The position numbers were made by a program, and so were the translations under genes. This document shows positions 56,959 to 64,000 of a stretch of DNA of 64,000 nt, piece after piece. Origin of the DNA: a virus; the IMG/VR virus record IMGVR_UViG_3300033143_003083, positions 13,173 through 77,172 of that record. One strand, given 5' to 3'. Within the stretch, counting starts at the first letter, position 1, and every line of letters starts with the position of its first letter. The notes beneath the pieces were generated by a model that had not been told where the DNA came from, did no database searches, and saw nothing but the letters and a program-made list of their open reading frames with translations.

Positions 56959-57900
56959 TTATTTTTTCAACTTATTCAACTGTTTTTGGATTGCACGTGT
57001 TGCGCTATCTTTAAACTTCTGTTTGGTGTCTTGCATGTCACCCATTTCATCATCGAAGTATTGGTTAAGTGTCATGTTGATACGATACAATGAATCAGAT
57101 TCATCATTCGTTTTAACAGAACCAGACTGATACAATGATGTGATGTTAGCAAGATGGCGTTCACCAATCTTAGAATCTTTACAGATACCAGCAATCAAAT
57201 CTAATGCAACGTTACGATTGAATTTACAATCAAACATCAAAGACATCGTTGGCATAATGACATCATTCCAATTTTCAATCATGCTGTTGATAGTTGGGAT
57301 GTAGTAAGCAGAACGTTTACCGATAGTTTTGGTATGACGTGCTGATAAAGTGTAGTTGCCACCATATGCATGGATGTCAGTATCACTTTTAACATTATGA
57401 ATAATCATTGATAATGAATGTGCTTTCGTTCCGTCAACTGATGTATCAAGACGAATCATCATAACCAATTCATCTGGCACACCTTCCATAGAAATCATAT
57501 CGTTTAGTTTGATAGTAAGCTGATGCATACCACCGTTACTTGTAACGAAAAGACGAGTTACGTCATGGTTGGTTTCTGATAATACTAATTCTTGATGTAA
57601 TTGGTGATATACATCTTTAGTAGATAAAGAACCGTATGTATCTGAAACAGTTGCAATAACCTGCTTGTCGTTATCACGATACTTGTCAACAACAACTAAA
57701 CAGAAATTCTTATCACGACCAGTATTTGTCTTGCCATTGGCATTAACAAATTCATTGATGTCATCATCTTTGTAAAATGCTGGGGTGATCCACACAGGGT
57801 AGTCAACAGCATCTTTTGCTGCATCCCATTTGTTTGTAACATTCTTTAATTCAACTAACCCAGTGGCTGTTGCATTAAGTAATAAGGTGTTTGTGGTCAT
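56959..57900 (-). CDS. DUF932-like early protein
   Basis: TVSDTY, TSVDGT, RHTK pattern; AGGAG RBS. Confidence 0.5.
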   Translation of the reverse strand: MTTNTLLLNATATGLVELKNVTNKWDAAKDAVDYPVWITPAFYKDDDINEFVNANGKTNTGRDKNFCLVVVDKYRDNDKQVIATVSDTYGSLSTKDVYHQLHQELVLSETNHDVTRLFVTSNGGMHQLTIKLNDMISMEGVPDELVMMIRLDTSVDGTKAHSLSMIIHNVKSDTDIHAYGGNYTLSARHTKTIGKRSAYYIPTINSMIENWNDVIMPTMSLMFDCKFNRNVALDLIAGICKDSKIGERHLANITSLYQSGSVKTNDESDSLYRINMTLNQYFDDEMGDMQDTKQKFKDSATRAIQKQLNKLKK

Positions 57901-57985
57901 GTGTATCTCCTAATTTCAATTGATAATTTCAATATCAGAAGTATACATCATAACAATTATAAATCAAGAACTTTATTTCTTTATA

Positions 57986-58026
57986 AATCAATAACTTAGA
58001 AAAACACCTTATGTATCAATAACTTA
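57986..58026. promoter_or_regulatory. Two IHF-consensus sites
   Basis: AATCAATAACTTA (57986-57998) and TATCAATAACTTA (58014-58026) match WATCAANNNNTTR. Confidence 0.55.
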
Positions 58027-58869
58027 TATCATGGTTTTTTCTAGTTTGATTAACTTATTATACTTATAAGTAATGACTTTGAAGTAACCATTGGCAGGAT
58101 TGATACCATTCCTCATGAGACTTGATACGCGCCTGTGTCCACGATTATAAGACAATAGTGCTAATCTGCGTACATTAAAGTCTTTCTTGTACCCACGGCC
58201 TTTCCAGTAGTTCTTATAGTGATTGTATATGTATGCGCCAGCTTGGATGCTCTTAACCGGATCAAGCAAGTCTTCACGACTGAATACTTTGACAGTGGTA
58301 GAAAAATCATCATTCTTTAACCATAACGGCATAATTTGCATTACCCCCGTTGCACCCACAACTGATTTGCTCTTAGGTCTGAATCTGCTTTCGTGCCATG
58401 CTGTAGCAATAAGTTCTCTGGAATCAATATTGTATTCGACACCAGCATCATAAAATGCACCTGCAATCTTTCGAACGTAATCTTGATCTAACTTTGTATA
58501 TGACAGGTAGTTAATGAACATGATGTTCTTGCGCTTACCTTCAATACGATCAAGTGATGCCAGATTGTCATTGTAATCTTTGGCAATACCCTTCTCATAG
58601 ATGCTGTAATTTTCACCTACTTTGTAGAATTTAGTTTCTAATACTTTGACCTTGGCAGTAAGAATCTGGTTAACTTCAATCTGAGATTTAGCTATAGCAC
58701 CTAACTGTTTGGTTGCATCTTTGTAATAAGATAGATTGGCGAGTAATACCCCAACAACAAACATCATTACTAATGAGAAGCTGTATGACGCTCTTGCCAT
58801 AACTTCTGGGTGGTACTTAACGTAGTGTACAAATCGTTCAAATAAGTCTTTCATCATTGTGTTTCCCAT
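58024..58869 (-). CDS. Membrane-anchored lytic transglycosylase (SLT)
   Basis: HESRF, GATGVMQIMP, AL.SYN.G; N-terminal TM and coiled coil. Confidence 0.85.
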   Translation of the reverse strand: MGNTMMKDLFERFVHYVKYHPEVMARASYSFSLVMMFVVGVLLANLSYYKDATKQLGAIAKSQIEVNQILTAKVKVLETKFYKVGENYSIYEKGIAKDYNDNLASLDRIEGKRKNIMFINYLSYTKLDQDYVRKIAGAFYDAGVEYNIDSRELIATAWHESRFRPKSKSVVGATGVMQIMPLWLKNDDFSTTVKVFSREDLLDPVKSIQAGAYIYNHYKNYWKGRGYKKDFNVRRLALLSYNRGHRRVSSLMRNGINPANGYFKVITYKYNKLIKLEKTMI

Positions 58870-58896
58870 AAAAATAATCCCCTAAAGCGGGGATTA
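58870..58896 (-). terminator. Intrinsic terminator
   Basis: TAATCCCC...GGGGATTA then T-run. Confidence 0.6.
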
Positions 58897-58924
58897 TACA
58901 GTACATTGAAAAATAAATCTACAA

Positions 58925-59275
58925 TTAAGATTTAGCTTTATTTTTCGAACCAGCAGGTCTGCCACGTCCTTTACGACTAGGTTTATCATCTGGTACAACA
59001 TCTTTCTTTTCAGTTTTGACTTCAGCTACTTTTTTAGCTTTTGGTACATCAAGGTCAACTAACATATCAGCATACATCACCAATGCATTAACGCCATTGT
59101 CCAGTGTGGTATCACGCATGACACGCATCAACTCACCACCTTGTTTTTCCATATCAAAGAAACGTTTCTTATCAATGTCTGCCAAATTATCGTATGGTAC
59201 TACGATATCTTTCACTGTACCCTTTTTTACCACGAAGCATAATTTCTTAAGTGCTCCAATTTTAAACTCTTGCAT
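58925..59275 (-). CDS. Hypothetical protein with AT-hook-like tail
   Basis: KGRGRPAGSKNK. Confidence 0.65.
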   Translation of the reverse strand: MQEFKIGALKKLCFVVKKGTVKDIVVPYDNLADIDKKRFFDMEKQGGELMRVMRDTTLDNGVNALVMYADMLVDLDVPKAKKVAEVKTEKKDVVPDDKPSRKGRGRPAGSKNKAKS

Positions 59276-59290
59276 TTCTGATTTCTCCTT

Positions 59291-60148
59291 TTATGAGATA
59301 TAATGTTTCCTAAATATTTCTTTATGCTTTAAGAATTCATCAGCGATACCTTTCATATCGTGTTTGCCGATAAATCTAAGCACTTTAGTCCCGTTGTACT
59401 TATTTATCGTTAAATTTTTAAGTGCATTAGTTATATTTAGTCTTACATAATCAGGTTGCAGAGACAGGTCAATCAGTTTCTTATTGAACAGATAACCATC
59501 TTTTACCTTCTTACCTTCCTTTGTTGTTGATTCAAGTAAATTAATCATTCTATAATTGTCTTCCCATGCAGCATGTAGTACTGTTGCACGTACACGTGGG
59601 TATGCTGATTTGATATTATCACCATTATCACCCCTGATGCATTTCTCAAATAGGTCATACCCAACATCATCACACATTCGTTCAGTCTTTTGACTTGGTG
59701 AATACAGTGTGACATTTTCTCGTAGTAACTGCTTGAAATCCTTATCACTAGAGATAATGACAGTGCGTATGTCGGACTTTTGTGTTGCCACCGCAATGAT
59801 GTCATCTGCCTCACAACGCTCCACAGACAGTGCAGGGATGCTTGTCTGTTCGTTAAAGAAGTCTTTGACCTGAATCATTGCATCCTTCACATCTTCATAA
59901 TATGGATCACGTGATTCTTTCCGGTTAGCTTTGTAATCTGGGTAGATGTCCTTACGCCATACATTAGGGGAATCACATGCAATCAGTACACCATCTGCTT
60001 TATACTTCTTGGAAATAAGTTTGATGAAGTTGATTGTCTTAAAGATAAGATAATTCTTGTTGAAGTTTTTTACTTTCTTCAGTAACGAGAAGTGAGTAAC
60101 AAATGTGACATTAGACAAATCTATAATAACATTAGTCTCCATCTTCAT
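59291..60148 (-). CDS. rnh: T4 RNase H-like 5'-3' exonuclease
   Basis: IIDLS, WRK..YPDYKANR, EADD, SSDKDF.QL, GD.GDNI. Confidence 0.9.
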   Translation of the reverse strand: MKMETNVIIDLSNVTFVTHFSLLKKVKNFNKNYLIFKTINFIKLISKKYKADGVLIACDSPNVWRKDIYPDYKANRKESRDPYYEDVKDAMIQVKDFFNEQTSIPALSVERCEADDIIAVATQKSDIRTVIISSDKDFKQLLRENVTLYSPSQKTERMCDDVGYDLFEKCIRGDNGDNIKSAYPRVRATVLHAAWEDNYRMINLLESTTKEGKKVKDGYLFNKKLIDLSLQPDYVRLNITNALKNLTINKYNGTKVLRFIGKHDMKGIADEFLKHKEIFRKHYIS

Positions 60149-60545
60149 TCACCCCTTCAATTATTTGTTCGGTTGCTTCATTGGCAATCAGTATAAAGGC
60201 GAACTGGATTGTATTTTCGTCTGCTGCATGTTCAGCATTGATGTACTTTTCGTCAATGAGTTTCGCTATAATTTCTTCATTGATGCGACTCTTGACTGTA
60301 ATAGAAAGTTCGTTATCGATCTCAAAGATCACAGATGAATTTCCGTCTTTGATTGATGCTGTTCCTGAACCTTTCAGTGACTTTACTTCTTCTTGTAAAC
60401 TGGTAATAGTTTTACCAAGTTCGACACGTTCTATATCAATTGTATCAATTGCGTATTCTAAAGTTTCACGATCACCCAGAAGATATTTGTTTTTATCCGT
60501 TATCTCTTTATAGAGTTTTGATTGTTTGAAAAAGTATTCGAACAT
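60132..60545 (-). CDS. Hypothetical coiled-coil protein
   Basis: AGGAGG RBS. Confidence 0.65.
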   Translation of the reverse strand: MFEYFFKQSKLYKEITDKNKYLLGDRETLEYAIDTIDIERVELGKTITSLQEEVKSLKGSGTASIKDGNSSVIFEIDNELSITVKSRINEEIIAKLIDEKYINAEHAADENTIQFAFILIANEATEQIIEGVNEDGD

Positions 60546-60558
60546 GACTTCCTCCTTT

Positions 60559-60594
60559 AAAAAAAATGCTCACTAGTATTTAGTGAGCATTTTT
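60559..60594. terminator. Bidirectional terminator-like hairpin containing TAAATA
   Basis: AAAAATGCTCACTA-GTATT-TAGTGAGCATTTTT. Confidence 0.7.
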
Positions 60595-60639
60595 GGCACT
60601 GCTGTAGATATTTTTACTTAGGAGATATTATATCTACTA

Positions 60640-60996
60640 TTACGACCAGTTATAACCATCCATCTTGCGACTTGATGCTATAGCTTTTGTAATTCTTTTG
60701 GCACTGATTGCTGTCATTTTTGCTGCGAATTCTGGTGTAGAGTATACTGCAACGATGTTACCGTCAAGATCAGTTTGTCGAACACCAAGAGTTCGTGCTG
60801 TCAATGGTGATAATGCAGCAGGTGCATTTTTCCAGATGAATCCACCAGCAGTTTTGCGTTTGCCGCTTGCTACTTTACCGATGTGTGCCACTTGTGTTTC
60901 TGACCAGTATGCTGCTTCTGTAATAGATGCATACTTGGCTAGAAGTTCGCCGTTTTTGTTATACTGTGCAATCTGCACATTTTTTTTATTTAACAT
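60640..60996 (-). CDS. Stand-alone NUMOD1-repeat DNA-binding protein
   Basis: Two copies of Q...G..L..Y.S..EAA...I...GKRKTAGGF.W. Confidence 0.7.
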   Translation of the reverse strand: MLNKKNVQIAQYNKNGELLAKYASITEAAYWSETQVAHIGKVASGKRKTAGGFIWKNAPAALSPLTARTLGVRQTDLDGNIVAVYSTPEFAAKMTAISAKRITKAIASSRKMDGYNWS

Positions 60997-61012
60997 GAAA
61001 TTATTTCCTCGT

Positions 61013-61411
61013 TTATGTTATTATATCACATGTACGCATATACAGCTTGTCTTGTATTGCGACAATGAACTCTGATTTTTCAACAGGTATTTTTTTATCT
61101 GCTGTCACAAATGAATCTAAATAGAATGGATTGTAAGTCACTTCTGTGAACAAGTCATTATTGAGTACATTAACTCCAATGCTCATTCCTCTATCATCAC
61201 CAAAATCATATGATTCGTAATTATCAGCACATACATACGCATGTACATTACGTTGCTGATTCTTTATTGCCCGTTTTCTTCCTGCGTCACTTACTCGGAA
61301 TTCAGCATCAGTCATGCTGAACATAAGAGTACGATCACATACTATACCTTTATTCTTGATTGAGAATCCGTTGGTATGCAGATTTCGATAAGCGTAATAT
61401 AATGCAGTCAT
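61013..61411 (-). CDS. Hypothetical phage protein
   Basis: YRNLH...FSI...NVHAYV...YNP. Confidence 0.65.
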   Translation of the reverse strand: MTALYYAYRNLHTNGFSIKNKGIVCDRTLMFSMTDAEFRVSDAGRKRAIKNQQRNVHAYVCADNYESYDFGDDRGMSIGVNVLNNDLFTEVTYNPFYLDSFVTADKKIPVEKSEFIVAIQDKLYMRTCDIIT

Positions 61412-62193
61412 TACATCAATTCCTGTTCAGTAAGAACCAGTTTCAATCTGGAACTCATTCTGCCAATTTCATCATCGTACTTTTTCTTACCTTCATCAGT
61501 ATCCAGAAACTCAACGAACTCTCTGTAGAATTTCATAACATTGTTGTTGCTGATCTTCTTGTCTTTGGCAAAACGTTTGAACATTTTGTCTCTGGCACAC
61601 AGTTCTGTTCTGTCAGTAATTGACGGAATCTCTTTCATAACATCTTGAATTTTTGGGATGATGGTTGTTTGTTCTTGTATGACACTATAAGTGAAACCAG
61701 CAAGTGAGGGAACTCCACCAGCAGGTTCTAATAGTACTTCCCACTTTGCTTCACGTTCCTTCCATTCTTCGTCTGTGTATATGTCAGGGCGTTCTGAATG
61801 GTTGAACCATATGTACTCACTGACAAGATCATTATCAGACCACAGATTGACAAAATCGACTTGCTCTGTGTAGAACAACCCGTAAAATTTATCATCAGTT
61901 GGAATAATAGATATGGAGAATTGGAAATCAACGGATGGATCTCTGACTGCTTTGACCCTGACTTCATCTTGTTTTTCGATGAACTGTTGATAAATTTCGT
62001 TGAAGACACCATGACTTTTTTTGTTGTCGATAGTGTTGTAATCATATTTTGCTGCACATTCGTCAGCAAAATATTGAACAGTCTTATCATAGACTAATGG
62101 TTGTAACTGTTTGCGAAATTCTGCAATGGCATTATGGATTTCCATAATATCGGTTGTGTTAAACACAAACCCATTTGATATGTTCTTACTCAT
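61411..62193 (-). CDS. Hypothetical protein
   Basis: 260 aa ORF. Confidence 0.65.
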   Translation of the reverse strand: MSKNISNGFVFNTTDIMEIHNAIAEFRKQLQPLVYDKTVQYFADECAAKYDYNTIDNKKSHGVFNEIYQQFIEKQDEVRVKAVRDPSVDFQFSISIIPTDDKFYGLFYTEQVDFVNLWSDNDLVSEYIWFNHSERPDIYTDEEWKEREAKWEVLLEPAGGVPSLAGFTYSVIQEQTTIIPKIQDVMKEIPSITDRTELCARDKMFKRFAKDKKISNNNVMKFYREFVEFLDTDEGKKKYDDEIGRMSSRLKLVLTEQELM

Positions 62194-62549
62194 TAATCTT
62201 TGTCCTTCTTAAACACATGAGCATACTGTCTCTTTACATCATCCCATTCTTCAGCTATATATACAATCAGGTTGTTAATTGCCAATGGAATTCTTATAAG
62301 GATTAGTAGTATCACTGCCATAACTTCCAATAATAATATCTTAAAGAAAAATACTCCGATGGATAATACCCATGTGATTTGCCCACCAGTATTATGTACT
62401 GTTGCCGCAAAGATTATTCCACCAACACCTATCACAACAATCATCACAACAACGGTAATTGCCATAGCTATTTGTAGTGCTTCTAAATTCATTATGAATC
62501 GTGAGAAGACATCCCACTGTTTAAATTTTGTTACCCATTTTTCGTTCAT
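62193..62549 (-). CDS. Membrane protein
   Basis: Two long TM segments. Confidence 0.6.
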   Translation of the reverse strand: MNEKWVTKFKQWDVFSRFIMNLEALQIAMAITVVVMIVVIGVGGIIFAATVHNTGGQITWVLSIGVFFFKILLLEVMAVILLILIRIPLAINNLIVYIAEEWDDVKRQYAHVFKKDKD

Positions 62550-62643
62550 GTTATTTCCTTTGAATTAGGGGACACGTGCTGGGTGTGCTAATATTTGAGT
62601 GAATAAGGAATATTACCAGCACGTATCCGCAGAGTGGTATCAG

Positions 62644-62907
62644 TTAAGGTGATATAACTCTGGGATGAACCTTATAATAGAAAATTATAGATGTCAACAC
62701 CAAGTTGATAATATAATTAGTGAGTAGTGGTAAGTCCCCTGTAGGCCATACATAGATTGTCATAAAGATTTCACCTAGTAACCAGAAGATAAGGAATAAC
62801 CACGACAGCCCATGACTGTGACCTTCTTGTAAACTTTGCCATGCTTGTGGTATAGCACAAATTGCAAAGAAGAATGCACCTAACCAACCAATTGTATCAA
62901 GTAACAT
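62644..62907 (-). CDS. PQ-loop/SemiSWEET-type transporter
   Basis: IGW.G...FA...IPQA...GLS...P...NY; three TMs. Confidence 0.8.
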   Translation of the reverse strand: MLLDTIGWLGAFFFAICAIPQAWQSLQEGHSHGLSWLFLIFWLLGEIFMTIYVWPTGDLPLLTNYIINLVLTSIIFYYKVHPRVISP

Positions 62908-63739
62908 TTCGTTTCACTCCTTCAACCACAACCATACCATAATTGTTTACACCTTTGGGTATGACAAGTCCTTCTCTTTTTATCAATCTATTTTTCTTAA
63001 ATGATTTATAGTTAACCTGATGATGCCATCTGTTAAACCGCCAAACAACTTTAGCTACATCTGGGTGTTGTTCCACTAATGATTCAGCCATTTTCTTTCT
63101 GCCATCATCAGCATAAAGTTCTTCGGTGTTACCACCTTTCATTCTCATAGTGGTAACTTTACCTGCAAGAAATGCATTGAATAGTATTGTACACCATCCG
63201 TCCTTCAGAACCCTAATACTTAAATCAGTGTCTTCATTATATCTGCCTCTCCATCTATGAGGTATCATGTTGTTGATCAGTATGCATGAATAGATTCTGG
63301 TGTTGGTGTTATATGGTTTTGTTTTTGATGTTGACTTACAAAACGAATAGTAATTGAATCCTGCAAGTGCAACATTTTCATATCGACCAACAAAGTCTTC
63401 TGCTGCTTTGAATATTGCTCCGGTGTCAACTTCCAATTTCATATTACGATTGAGTCTGTTGAATGCTTCAATGTTATCATCAAGTATCCAATGTTTTTTG
63501 TATCCTTTTCTATATGAATGATCCCATACCCAATTACGAGCAGGAATAGACCCCTCACCAAGATTACTAAATGGAAGTGACAATACTTTTTCATGATCTA
63601 TGACAGCAGCATAATGCTCATACTCTTGTGGTTCAACCACAATGTAGTAAGGAACGTTCATACGTTCTAATGCTCTTGCTGTTAATGGGTTATCCCATCT
63701 ACCTTTTGATATGATGTATACAGGGTAACTAGGATTCAT
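62897..63739 (-). CDS. GREB1/TET-associated glycosyltransferase-like protein
   Basis: YIISKGR, VVEPQE, ARN, LDDNI, RYNEDTDL, KGGNT. Confidence 0.75.
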   Translation of the reverse strand: MNPSYPVYIISKGRWDNPLTARALERMNVPYYIVVEPQEYEHYAAVIDHEKVLSLPFSNLGEGSIPARNWVWDHSYRKGYKKHWILDDNIEAFNRLNRNMKLEVDTGAIFKAAEDFVGRYENVALAGFNYYSFCKSTSKTKPYNTNTRIYSCILINNMIPHRWRGRYNEDTDLSIRVLKDGWCTILFNAFLAGKVTTMRMKGGNTEELYADDGRKKMAESLVEQHPDVAKVVWRFNRWHHQVNYKSFKKNRLIKREGLVIPKGVNNYGMVVVEGVKRNVT

Positions 63740-63950
63740 CCCTGTACCTTTTGTGTGAGTGTTTCCCTCTGACTAACTTGGGATGCCAGATGCTTTTAGT
63801 TTTGGGTGTTAACTTCTGACCGATAAGTTCAGAGAACTCATTCAGATCTTCTTCAGTTTCAAACCTTACTATAATTTTACTGAATGGTTTTTGTTCTTCC
63901 TGAACGAATTCAGGCATACCATCCCAATCAATATCATTTTCTTTTTTCAT
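63729..63950 (-). CDS. Small protein coupled to the glycosyltransferase
   Basis: W.GMPEF.Q...VRFE..ED..EF...IGQ..T..TKSIW.P. Confidence 0.6.
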   Translation of the reverse strand: MKKENDIDWDGMPEFVQEEQKPFSKIIVRFETEEDLNEFSELIGQKLTPKTKSIWHPKLVRGKHSHKRYRDES

Positions 63951-64000
63951 ACTTGCCTCATTTACGCCAGTAGTGGAATATACATAAATAACATAATTGG

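Noticed and set aside
60640-60996. Homing endonuclease
   Set aside because: Only NUMOD1-like repeats; no HNH or GIY-YIG nuclease motif
1-64000. Stop-codon reassignment explaining the many short ORFs
   Set aside because: Long core genes are intact in code 11, all three stops are used, and adjacent small ORFs change frame at overlaps

Overview
AT-rich fragment of a large T4-like (probably jumbo) dsDNA phage genome, standard genetic code. The minus strand carries replication and nucleotide-metabolism genes: ThyX, gp41-like helicase, Dam, primase, mini DnaE-like protein, clamp-loader small subunit, NrdAB, PNK-phosphatase, RNA ligase 1, MoxR-like AAA + vWA/metallopeptidase pair, SSB, probable clamp, a split family-B DNA polymerase, dimeric dUTPase, RecD/Dda-like helicase, RNase H and a GREB1/TAGT-like glycosyltransferase. 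It also carries tRNA-Cys, tRNA-fMet and a tRNA-like RNA with a 49-nt structured insert in the anticodon arm. Two sequence-tagged protein sets stand out. (1) About 60 mostly small minus-strand ORFs from at least five unrelated paralog families end in a C-terminal Leu, usually [F/Y/W/M]-x-x-L; the Leu uses several synonymous codons and no core replication protein has it, suggesting a shared docking tag. (2) Late plus-strand enzyme genes (GNAT, SprT protease, papain-like, ART-like, cysteine hydrolase, ParB-N) start with M-K-L-x-x-L-[FL]-E, resembling T4 capsid-targeting sequences, so they may be virion-packaged effectors. Consensus sigma70 promoters with a shared spacer, TAAATA late promoters and IHF-consensus sites are visible. 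All protein calls are by motif recognition by eye; no database search was run.
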